A stretch of 64,000 nt of DNA from an uncultured Candidatus Cloacimonadota bacterium. GTDB taxonomy: Bacteria > Cloacimonadota > Cloacimonadia > Cloacimonadales > TCS61. The notes under the pieces were generated by a model. That model did no database searches and was not told the origin of the DNA. It saw only the letters and a list, made by a program, of their open reading frames with translations. The stretch spans positions 3,945 to 67,944 of the forward strand of contig CAZRXY010000117.1 in assembly GCA_964604155.1 (NCBI GenBank), given 5' to 3'. Shown in pieces: positions 55,432-64,000 of the stretch. Made by a program: the position numbers and the translations under genes. Every line of letters begins with the position of its first letter. Within the stretch, counting starts at the first letter, position 1.

Positions 55432-57457
55432 CGGAATCTTTATCCTCTTTATTATATCCGTGGATAGCCAGGGCGATACAATAGAGAATTGCCATAGATA
55501 AAATCAAGAGCCAGGCAGGTACCATATCAGTGATCAGTATGTTTTTGATCAAAGGGATATTTTCACCCCATTGAGAGATAAGCACTGTCGATGAATTATG
55601 AAGAGCATGAGCGATCATAGGCACAAATATACTTTTGGTTTTCAGCAATAGGTAACCCAGCCAGATACCCATCAGGGTAGTGGGCAGCAGTCGGAAGAAA
55701 TCAAGATGAAAAATTCCGAATAGAAGACCTGAGATTAAAACTGCTTTCCAGATGCCAGATTTTTCGAAGGCTCTTATCAGATAGCCGCGGAATAGCATTT
55801 CCTCGCATATGCCTGGTAGTATGCCAATGATAAGTAGAAGGAGTGGCAGAGGTAAATCATTAAGTACCATCAATTTCTGCATACCCTCAAGGTAGTTTTC
55901 CGGAAGCGGATAGAGGAAATTTACCAATTGCATGGAAGAAATGGTGATGATTAATGCCGGGAAGGCTGCAAATATTGCCAATATGAAATTGAGTAAAGGC
56001 GTTTTTACGATTCTGGCTGCGTCTTTTATACTGGTTTTTGAGATGCGGTAGAGAATAATCACAGGAAGCAGCACGAGCAGTATCTCTGTTTTAATCAGCC
56101 CTGCCACCAGATCTTTTGACTGCCAGGAAGAACCCAGATAATAGAAAAGCAAAAGAATGAGAAGGAAGATGGCAAAAGCGAAACCGGGAGAAAAAATATT
56201 CTTCTTTCCAGAACCCCAGAATTTAAGACTTTTTCCCTCTTCAGTCCTGAAAAGCACACTTTCCTTTTTAAATAGATTTATGCTCGCCCATAAACCCGCA
56301 ACAGCTATCAGCAGGGTAGATGATATCACTACCAGAAAATGTCCGGTGTGGAAATTGCCTATGAGAATTTCCTTCAGGAGCAAAGAGAAGTTAATGATGG
56401 GAATAAGAGCATATCCGTAATTAAGCTCAAATCCAGGGAATACGCTGATCATGGAAAACATCATACCGATTATCAATAGGGGCGTTTGATAGGAGGAGCA
56501 TTCTTTCACATTACGTGAATAAGTAGATAAAGAGAGCTGGATGGAGGCAAATAAAATGGCAAGGGGTACCATGGCAAAAAAGATAAGCAGAAAGCTGATA
56601 ACTGGTAATTGAACCTGACTCATATCCACTTCTGCCATACCAAGTATATGCCGGGTGGATATATACATACTCAAGAGATTCATAAATACTGTGATAAAAG
56701 AGAAAGTGATAATAGTAAGAAATTTACCGCCAACCAGTTCCAGCCTGCTGGCAGCACTCACAAGTATGGTCTCCAGAGTACCTCTTTCCTTTTCTCCTGC
56801 CACCAGGTCAGAAGCCACTACTGCGCCACTGGAAATTGTGAGTACAATCAGCATATACGCCAGGAATTTTCCCAGAAGCGCACCCAGTATCTGTTGAGGT
56901 GGTGCCACATTGCTGCTTTGCACTTCCAGAGCAGAAAGAATATCTGATGAAATATTTATATCATCTAATCTTCCGCTCACAATTTCCCAATTTGTATCGT
57001 CTATTATAGCTCGTAAGTCATAAAATGTCTTCTGGCTTTTTTCATCTGTATTATTGTAATAGGCAGTAATAATCAATTTGTCGTAATTACTTGCCATTGT
57101 ATCTCGTATTGTGAGAAATGCCTGAACGTCATTATTTTCCAGCAGCACTTTGTAATGCTTATTCCAGCCATTCAGGATATCGGTCTGCACCTTAAGAATT
57201 TCGTTTTCTTTAATAGCTTTGATCAAAATACCAGATTCTTTATTTTTTACCTGATCGTACACAAAGACAATCTTCGCTGCTTCCTCAATCTTACTCTCCT
57301 GCCTGGAAGCAATGGTCGCGACAAAAATACTGATAAAGGGATAAAGTATGATAGGTAAAATGATGGAAGTAATAATCGTCCGCCTGTCTCGAAACAGGTC
57401 AAGCATCTCTTTTCTGAAAATTATCAGGATTTTAGCCCAGCTCATTTTCTGCTTCAC
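55415..57457 (-). CDS. NatB-like ABC-2 permease fused to CPBP (Abi/CAAX) intramembrane protease
   Basis: KEMLDLFRDRRT, AGEKERGTLETIL; C-terminal EEMLFRG, FGIFH, HALHN. Confidence 0.88.
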   Translation of the reverse strand: MKQKMSWAKILIIFRKEMLDLFRDRRTIITSIILPIILYPFISIFVATIASRQESKIEEAAKIVFVYDQVKNKESGILIKAIKENEILKVQTDILNGWNKHYKVLLENNDVQAFLTIRDTMASNYDKLIITAYYNNTDEKSQKTFYDLRAIIDDTNWEIVSGRLDDINISSDILSALEVQSSNVAPPQQILGALLGKFLAYMLIVLTISSGAVVASDLVAGEKERGTLETILVSAASRLELVGGKFLTIITFSFITVFMNLLSMYISTRHILGMAEVDMSQVQLPVISFLLIFFAMVPLAILFASIQLSLSTYSRNVKECSSYQTPLLIIGMMFSMISVFPGFELNYGYALIPIINFSLLLKEILIGNFHTGHFLVVISSTLLIAVAGLWASINLFKKESVLFRTEEGKSLKFWGSGKKNIFSPGFAFAIFLLILLLFYYLGSSWQSKDLVAGLIKTEILLVLLPVIILYRISKTSIKDAARIVKTPLLNFILAIFAAFPALIITISSMQLVNFLYPLPENYLEGMQKLMVLNDLPLPLLLLIIGILPGICEEMLFRGYLIRAFEKSGIWKAVLISGLLFGIFHLDFFRLLPTTLMGIWLGYLLLKTKSIFVPMIAHALHNSSTVLISQWGENIPLIKNILITDMVPAWLLILSMAILYCIALAIHGYNKEDKDSDALPG

Positions 57458-58202
57458 TTAGACAATTTGCGGAATTTTTTACGTAATGAATAAAAATATC
57501 ATCAAGATCATAAAGTCCTGTCTCTTTCTTCATCTCTTCCCACGATCCTTCTCTTAGCAATCTACCTTCATGGATCATCACTATTCTATCTGCAATCCTT
57601 TCCGCTTCTCGCATAATGTGAGTGGAAAATAGGACGCATTTACCGGTACTGCGGCAGGAATGGATAAAATTAATAATATTTTTAGCAGTGAGGATATCTA
57701 ATCCTGCAGTAGCTTCATCAAGGATCATTACCGGCGGATCATGAATGATAGAGCGGGATATAGAAACCTTCTGTCTCATCCCTGTAGATAAGCTATCTAT
57801 TCTTTTATCAATAAATTGCGACATATCAAGCATGGATACCATCATTTTTATCCTCTCATTGATCATAGATCGGGGCATATCATATAATCTGCCGAAATAG
57901 GTGATAAGTTCTCTTGCAGTGAGTCTGCGATATAATCCCGTATCTCCTGAAAGGAAGCCCAATCTGCTTCTAATCTCCTGAGGTTTATCAAGCAGATTAT
58001 AACCGCAGATTGTTGCACTTCCAGAAGTGGGACTAAGAACTGTGGACAGCATTCTCATAACAGTAGTTTTTCCAGCACCATTCACACCCAGCAGAACAAC
58101 TATCTCGCCGGCATCTGCTCTAAATGATAAGTCATCGACTGCGATTAAATTTTTATCGTTATGCTGGATAAATTCTTTGCAAAGTTTATCTACAATGATC
58201 AA
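57432..58202 (-). CDS. NatA-like ABC transporter ATP-binding protein
   Basis: GVNGAGKTT, LSTGMRQK, ILDE, STH. Confidence 0.9.
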   Translation of the reverse strand: MIIVDKLCKEFIQHNDKNLIAVDDLSFRADAGEIVVLLGVNGAGKTTVMRMLSTVLSPTSGSATICGYNLLDKPQEIRSRLGFLSGDTGLYRRLTARELITYFGRLYDMPRSMINERIKMMVSMLDMSQFIDKRIDSLSTGMRQKVSISRSIIHDPPVMILDEATAGLDILTAKNIINFIHSCRSTGKCVLFSTHIMREAERIADRIVMIHEGRLLREGSWEEMKKETGLYDLDDIFIHYVKNSANCLSEAENELG

Positions 58203-58213
58203 TCAATAGCCCC

Positions 58214-59482
58214 TTAATCGTTAAAGTATATTGCAGTGATAGGATTTATTTTACTTGCCTTATAAGCTGGATATGATCCGCTGATGATTCCTATCATAAT
58301 GGAAAAACCAAAACCTAGTACTAAGCCCTGCCAAGGCAATTCGAAAGATTGTTTCAGCATTGAAGATATAATCATGATCACCAGTTTGGAAAATAGAGTA
58401 CCCAAAGATGCGGCGATAAGTGCTAGAATGATAGATTCCGAAAGAAACAATAAAAAAATATCGGATTCTTTGGCTCCTATACTTTTGCGGATACCAATTT
58501 CCTTCATTCTTTCGCTGATCGAGATTAGTAACGTGCTAAATAAGCCGATCCCGCCCACGATGAGAGATATTGAGGCTATAGTAGATAAGGTGAGATTAAG
58601 TTTTTTCATCAGGTCTTTTAATTCGTCTGTGATCTTAAACATGAAGGCACCCACATCATTGAACTGAAAATCATGCGACATACTATGCTGACGCAGCATA
58701 TTCTGCCGGATATGTGTTTTCATAACAGGAAAATCTTCATCACTATGAGATTGAAAATATATATAGTCAATTGCCTGATCATTAGATAGATATCTGGCGG
58801 CAGTTGATAAGGGGATATATACTGCCTCAAGATCACGAGTTCGTTCCCAGCGATTAAAATCCATGCCCATCGAGTTCAATTTATCTTCACTTAATATTCC
58901 AATAACTTTCAGACGAAGATTACCAATTTTTACAAATTCTCCAAGTCCTCCATTGGGGAAGTGATTTCTGGCAAATCCGCTTCCCAGTATGCAAACTTTA
59001 AAGGCCTCGCTATCTTCCAGTCTATTAAAATATCTGCCCTCTGCCAGGTCATAAGTTTTTGAATAGAAAAAATCATTATTTGTGGCATTAAGGCGGAGCC
59101 ACTCCATCTTATTATCTTTCACTACGCGTTCCCAGCGCTGGATCATACCGTATGTATAACGAGTAGCCACTTCGCGAGAAAGAGCTTCATAATCTCCAAA
59201 AGAAAGAGGCTGCCTCGATCTGTTTATATACATGAATCTGCGGTGACGGCTCGAAATTGTGGAAGTGCTGTTACTCGCTTCAGTAGGATAAAGTATCAAA
59301 GAATTATTCCAGCCAAGTTGTTCCATATTTTTCATCACGAGGCTTTTTATGCCATTAACAGCGGAAAACATCGTGATCACGGCAAAAACACCTATCACAA
59401 TACCTAAAAGAGTAAGAGCAGAACGTAACTTATGCTGAAAAATGTTCTGCAGACTGCTGGAAACATTTTCCCTGAGGTGCAT
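58214..59482 (-). CDS. MacB/FtsX-type ABC transporter permease
   Basis: HKLRSALTLLGIVIGV, ISLIVGGIG, ERMKEIGIRKSIGA, YPAYKASKINPI. Confidence 0.9.
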   Translation of the reverse strand: MHLRENVSSSLQNIFQHKLRSALTLLGIVIGVFAVITMFSAVNGIKSLVMKNMEQLGWNNSLILYPTEASNSTSTISSRHRRFMYINRSRQPLSFGDYEALSREVATRYTYGMIQRWERVVKDNKMEWLRLNATNNDFFYSKTYDLAEGRYFNRLEDSEAFKVCILGSGFARNHFPNGGLGEFVKIGNLRLKVIGILSEDKLNSMGMDFNRWERTRDLEAVYIPLSTAARYLSNDQAIDYIYFQSHSDEDFPVMKTHIRQNMLRQHSMSHDFQFNDVGAFMFKITDELKDLMKKLNLTLSTIASISLIVGGIGLFSTLLISISERMKEIGIRKSIGAKESDIFLLFLSESIILALIAASLGTLFSKLVIMIISSMLKQSFELPWQGLVLGFGFSIMIGIISGSYPAYKASKINPITAIYFND

Positions 59483-61776
59483 TATCTTTTGCCCTTCCTT
59501 TTGGGCTTATCCACTTTAGCATTCATTATATCGCGGCAATCTGCCAGAGTGAGTTTTTCCGGTTGATATTCAGCGGGAATTTTATAATTCTTTTTGCCGC
59601 ATGAAATATAAGGACCATACTTACCGTTAAGCACTTTGAGCTTTTCGTCTTCAGAAAATTCTTTTATGATGCGGTTCTTTTTTTCCACATTCTGCTTCCG
59701 GATGAGATTAATTGCCTCGGTTATATCAATATCATCGATCTTTACGCCTTTTCCTAGCGAGTAATTATTCTTTCCGCATTTGACGTAGGGTCCATATCTA
59801 CCGGTAGCAAGAAAAACGTCATCACCCTCATATTCACCCAGTTTACGGGGATATTCAAAAAGCTTTAAAGCTTCTGCGAGTTCTATCTTCTCGAGGCTCA
59901 TATTTTTTGGCAAACTTGCAAAAAGAGGTTTTGTTTCTTCCTCTATCTCGCCAATCTGGATCATGGGACCATACCTGCCAAGCCTGGCAAAAACCTTACG
60001 CCCCGTTTCCGGATCGATACCCAGGTAACGGCTGCCTGTAAATTTTGGAGTCTCTTTACCAGTCTCTTCCACCTTTTCATGGAATGGAAAATAAAATTTC
60101 TGGATCATCTTTCGCCAATCTAATTGCCCTACGGCAATTTTATCAAATTCTTCTACTACTATCGCAGTGAAATTGTAATCCATGATCTCTTCGAAATATT
60201 TCATCAGAAAATCATTAACGATAATGCCAATATCGGTAGGAAAAAGTTTTCCTTTCTGCTGACCATATTTTTCTGATTTTTCTTTTTCTGTTATCTTGTC
60301 TCCGGTAAGCTCGATAACACTTATCATTCTCACAAGTGCCGGTTTATTTAATTTCTCCACGTATTTACGCTTCTGGATAGTAGATATTATGGGAGCATAT
60401 GTGGAAGGTCTTCCAATGCCAAGCTCTTCCAGCTTGCGAACCAGCATTGCCTCGTTATAACGGGCAGGAGGCTGATTGTATCTCTGAGTAGCTGTCATCG
60501 TATTGAGTTCTAAAAATTCTCCTTCGTGAAGCGGTGGGATCACCTGTATGGATTCCTTACCTGTGCTGTTATCATCATAAGCCATCAGGTAACCGGCAAA
60601 AGTGATCACCTCAGCACGAGCAATGAGATTCTCTTTGCGGCTGGAGATATCAATTGTCACCGTGGTTCTTTCCAGAATTGCATCACTCATCTGACTCGCC
60701 AGAGTCCTTTTGTGAATCAGCGAATAAAGCTTCTGCTGATCGGTATTGCCTTCGATCTGCCGAGAATTCATGTAGGTAGGACGAATAGCCTCGTGGGCTT
60801 CCTGTGCCCCTTTCGATTGTGTGCTGAACTTTCTCCGCTTATAATACTTTTCACCATATTCTGAGATTATTTCTTTTTTAATGTCATTAAGTGCATAATC
60901 ACTTAAGACCACGGAGTCTGTACGCATATAAGTAATCAAGCCATTTTCATATAGTTGCTGTGCCACAAGCATGGTTTTGGATACAGAAAAACCGAGTCTT
61001 CTACTGGCTTCCTGTTGCAGAGTGGATGTGGTAAATGCCGGTGAAGGTGATTTCCGGGCTGGTTTCTTTTCAATTTTTTCAACTTTATACTGTGCACCCA
61101 CGCAATCCTGCAAAAATGCCCGTGCCTCTCCCTGATGAGCGATATTATCGGTTCCTTCAGCTTTTAACACACTTTCCTTAACCTGGAATTCTGCCGTAAT
61201 TTTGAAATAATCTTGTTCGACAAAGTTCTTGATCTCGTTTTCACGGTCTACAATCAAACGCGTCGCCACAGATTGAACTCTGCCGGCACTGAGCTTTGGC
61301 ATCACCTTGCGCCAGAGCAGTGGCGAAAGCTCAAATCCAACCAGCCTGTCCAGTATCCTTCGAGCCTGCTGCGCATCAACCAGATTCTGGTCTATACGCC
61401 TCGGTGTCTTTATGGCTTCCTGAATAGCCGATTTAGTGATTTCATGAAACACTATCCGGCTGGTTTTGGCTTCGTCAAGGTCTAATGCCTGCAAAAGATG
61501 CCAGGATATTGCCTCTCCTTCGCGGTCTTCGTCTGTTGCCAGCCAAACTCTTTCTGCTGATTCAGCCGCCTCTCGCAATTCCTTCACCAGTTTCCGCTTA
61601 TCACTGCTTGTCACATATTCCGGTTCAAAATTTCGGGCGACATCCACGCCAAGCTTCTTCGATGGCAAATCCCTGATATGACCCATAGATGCCGAAATTT
61701 TATAATCACTGCCTAAAAATTTGGAAATCGTCTTCGCTTTCGCGGGGGATTCTACTATTACAAGATTTTTAATCAT
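59482..61776 (-). CDS. topA: DNA topoisomerase I with C-terminal repeats (no Zn ribbon)
   Basis: LVIVESPAKAK, ATDEDREGE, SAGRVQS, ITYMRTD, AHEAIRPT, GIGRPSTYA, GRYGP repeats. Confidence 0.96.
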   Translation of the reverse strand: MIKNLVIVESPAKAKTISKFLGSDYKISASMGHIRDLPSKKLGVDVARNFEPEYVTSSDKRKLVKELREAAESAERVWLATDEDREGEAISWHLLQALDLDEAKTSRIVFHEITKSAIQEAIKTPRRIDQNLVDAQQARRILDRLVGFELSPLLWRKVMPKLSAGRVQSVATRLIVDRENEIKNFVEQDYFKITAEFQVKESVLKAEGTDNIAHQGEARAFLQDCVGAQYKVEKIEKKPARKSPSPAFTTSTLQQEASRRLGFSVSKTMLVAQQLYENGLITYMRTDSVVLSDYALNDIKKEIISEYGEKYYKRRKFSTQSKGAQEAHEAIRPTYMNSRQIEGNTDQQKLYSLIHKRTLASQMSDAILERTTVTIDISSRKENLIARAEVITFAGYLMAYDDNSTGKESIQVIPPLHEGEFLELNTMTATQRYNQPPARYNEAMLVRKLEELGIGRPSTYAPIISTIQKRKYVEKLNKPALVRMISVIELTGDKITEKEKSEKYGQQKGKLFPTDIGIIVNDFLMKYFEEIMDYNFTAIVVEEFDKIAVGQLDWRKMIQKFYFPFHEKVEETGKETPKFTGSRYLGIDPETGRKVFARLGRYGPMIQIGEIEEETKPLFASLPKNMSLEKIELAEALKLFEYPRKLGEYEGDDVFLATGRYGPYVKCGKNNYSLGKGVKIDDIDITEAINLIRKQNVEKKNRIIKEFSEDEKLKVLNGKYGPYISCGKKNYKIPAEYQPEKLTLADCRDIMNAKVDKPKRKGKR

Positions 61777-61778
61777 AG

Positions 61779-62204
61779 TTAATGAACCTCATCATCAAAT
61801 TCTATTTCGTATTCATGCATAAAGAATAATTCTATCATCTCCTTGACAGACGCATCCTTTGCCTCAATAAATATTACAAAATTTAATACACTATCAACCT
61901 TTTTCTTATTCATTTTACGATTTGTGAAATATACTATCTGCATACATACTGCAATCACATGCTCAAATACATCCCGATTTATTGCACCGGATTGTAACAT
62001 GCTCAATAAATAAATTATTGCATCTTTTGTGAAATTCTCACGCTCCTCATTATTCAGGATACGCATATAAGAGGTGTTATCCTCATGCAGAATCCTCAGC
62101 AAATCCTCCGCATCATCTTCTGAAAATCCAATCTTTAAAAGACGTGATTTATTGAGCTTCTCACTAAATAACTGCTCTACTTTATCACCGATACTTTTCT
62201 TCAT
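61779..62204 (-). CDS. Smg/DUF494-like protein
   Basis: L..IGF...D...MRILNNEE..NF...AIIYLL.M.QSGAI....FEHVI pattern resembles Smg; immediately upstream of topA, as smg often is. Confidence 0.55.
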   Translation of the reverse strand: MKKSIGDKVEQLFSEKLNKSRLLKIGFSEDDAEDLLRILHEDNTSYMRILNNEERENFTKDAIIYLLSMLQSGAINRDVFEHVIAVCMQIVYFTNRKMNKKKVDSVLNFVIFIEAKDASVKEMIELFFMHEYEIEFDDEVH

Positions 62205-62212
62205 CTAACCCC

Positions 62213-64000
62213 TTAAAATTCTTCCTGCTGATACTTTCCACAGCAATTCTTATACTTCTTGCCACTACCACAGGGACAGGGCTCGTTCCTGCCCGGTTTC
62301 TTTTCAACCTGCCGTGGCATTATTTTTTCACCTCGAGGCTGATTATTGCCCTTATCAGGCTGATCCGTTGTCCCAGAACCCACCTGCTGCTTTGCCTGTT
62401 CAAATGCTGATGTGCCGCCATGCTGCATTTTTATCTGGCTCATCATCATATTATACTGCTCTTTTGTTAAAAGATAAACCGTAAATACTTTTTTTGTCAC
62501 ATTTTTATTTATATTAATGATTAATGACTGAAATAAATAGAATGCTTCTTTTTTGTACTCAATAAGTGGATCTTTTTGTGCATAAGCTCTGAAGCCAATA
62601 CCCTCGCGTAATAAGTCCATCTCGTGCAAATGATCTCGCCAAAGATCATCGACCACACTAAGCAGCGACCTGCGCTCAATCTCACGCATATGATCGTTTC
62701 CCAGCATCTCTTCTCGCCTTTTATAAGCTACCAGAACCTGCTCCAAAGTGTTCTCTACCAGATTCTCTTTGGTTATAGCTGAGATATCATTGATCTGAGA
62801 CTCGATGTTATACTCGGTTTTTAAGTACTGGCAGATAGCTTCCAGATTCCAATCTTCATAATACTTTTCCAAGCCTACTATCTCTTCCACTTTATCCGTA
62901 ATAGTCTCCCGGATCATTTCCAGTATCTCATTCTTGAGATCATAGCCTTTAAGAACATTGCGACGGTAACGGTAGATCACTTTACGCTGTTGGTTCATCA
63001 CTTCATCATATTTGATCAATTGCTTTCGTATCTCAAAATTATAGCCTTCCACGCGTTTCTGAGCGTTTTCCACTGCTTTATTCATCCACGGGTGCGTAAT
63101 CGCCTCACCACTCTTAAAGCCCATCTTCACCATCATAGGCGCTATCCTGTCCGAACCAAATAATCGCATCAAATCATCTTCCAGTGAAAGATAAAAACGC
63201 GAAGTGCCCGGATCACCCTGACGCCCGGAACGCCCGCGTAACTGTCGGTCTATCCTTCTGCTTTCGTGACGCTCTGTTCCTATCACATGCAAACCATCCA
63301 ACGGTAAGCCATAGGGGTGCTCATCCGTGAGATTCGAGGGCAATCCGCGATATTCTTCTTTGCTTCTTGTTACTACTCCGGGTCCTAATTTAATATCTGT
63401 TCCACGACCTGCCATATTTGTAGCTATCGTCACTGAGCCGGGCTCTCCGGCATTTTTTATAATCTCCGCCTCGCTTTCATGATATTTGGCATTCAGTATT
63501 TTGTGATTTATCTTTTTCCGTGTTAGAAGCCTTCCCAGCTTCTCCGATACTTCCACAGTAACAGTACCAACCAGCACCGGCTTTCCCATATTATGCCAGT
63601 ATTCTATCTCGGAGATTATTGCCTGGTACTTTTCGTTACGGGTTAAATAGATCAGATCATTGTGGTCCTGACGCGAGATCGGCTCATTAGTGGGGATCAC
63701 CATCACAGGAAGATCGTAAATCTCCAGAAATTCTCCCTCTTCAGTTATTGCTGTACCTGTCATTCCAGCTAATTTGTCATACATCCGGAAAAAATTCTGC
63801 AGCGTGATCGTCGCAAAAGTCTGGGTGGCTTCTTCTATTACACAATTTTCCTTTGCTTCCAGAGCCTGATGTAATCCATCCGAAAACCTGCGACCCTGCA
63901 TCATTCTGCCTGTGAATTCGTCCACAATCATTACTTTTTCATTTTGAACTACATACTCCACATCTCTCTCGAATAAGGTGTATGCCCGCAAAAGCTGCTT
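62213..64000 (-). CDS. secA: Preprotein translocase SecA (5'-truncated by window edge)
   Basis: VDEFTGR, GLHQALEAKE, ATNMAGRGTDI, GTERHESRRID.QLRGRSGRQGDPG, SEC-C motif GRNEPCPCGSGKKYKNCCG. Confidence 0.97.
   Translation of the reverse strand, partial: KQLLRAYTLFERDVEYVVQNEKVMIVDEFTGRMMQGRRFSDGLHQALEAKENCVIEEATQTFATITLQNFFRMYDKLAGMTGTAITEEGEFLEIYDLPVMVIPTNEPISRQDHNDLIYLTRNEKYQAIISEIEYWHNMGKPVLVGTVTVEVSEKLGRLLTRKKINHKILNAKYHESEAEIIKNAGEPGSVTIATNMAGRGTDIKLGPGVVTRSKEEYRGLPSNLTDEHPYGLPLDGLHVIGTERHESRRIDRQLRGRSGRQGDPGTSRFYLSLEDDLMRLFGSDRIAPMMVKMGFKSGEAITHPWMNKAVENAQKRVEGYNFEIRKQLIKYDEVMNQQRKVIYRYRRNVLKGYDLKNEILEMIRETITDKVEEIVGLEKYYEDWNLEAICQYLKTEYNIESQINDISAITKENLVENTLEQVLVAYKRREEMLGNDHMREIERRSLLSVVDDLWRDHLHEMDLLREGIGFRAYAQKDPLIEYKKEAFYLFQSLIININKNVTKKVFTVYLLTKEQYNMMMSQIKMQHGGTSAFEQAKQQVGSGTTDQPDKGNNQPRGEKIMPRQVEKKPGRNEPCPCGSGKKYKNCCGKYQQEEF

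Noticed and set aside
1-64000. tRNA/rRNA genes, prophage, IS transposases, defence systems
   Set aside because: No T-arm/anticodon cloverleaf, rRNA signature, integrase, transposase or phage gene recognised by eye; tRNAscan-SE and cmscan were not run.

Overview
A gene-dense, AT-rich bacterial chromosome segment with about 53 CDSs. I found no rRNA, tRNA, cas genes, integrase or transposase. The gene content and protein styles suggest an anaerobic, amino-acid-fermenting diderm of the FCB group, most likely Cloacimonadota; this assignment is an inference. Supporting features are the FlgD-Ig/T9SS-like C-terminal domain, Kdo transferase, tungsten-type AOR, VorDBAC-like 2-oxoacid oxidoreductase, single-chain PFOR and Bacteroidota-type TopA. 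Most of the window is housekeeping: miaB, yicC, rnr, waaA, valS, nusB, ribH, miaA, mutL, folE2, recO, topA, secA. Seven points stand out. (1) An unannotated 24-codon ORF with seven consecutive Leu codons fills the gap between an M16 peptidase and a HadI/HgdC-type dehydratase activator; its stop overlaps the activator's GTG, which sits with its SD in a hairpin, suggesting a leucine-sensing translational switch. (2) A PdxJ homologue has lost most substrate-binding residues. (3) A pseudo-PP2C/TM/beta-propeller protein and a GT2 plus radical-SAM pair are embedded in the ribH-nusB-valS operon. (4) A sigma54-driven Orange-protein-like (NifX/ATPase/DUF89/DUF5320) cluster has a readable -24/-12 promoter and candidate enhancer sites. 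(5) There is an LpoB/COG3014/LPP20 lipoprotein trio. (6) Intergenic repeats include a 37-37-37 nt REP-like doublet, a perfect 28-bp inverted repeat and heptamer/octamer arrays. (7) Two promoters may be leaderless. All calls come from reading motifs by eye; no database searches were run.
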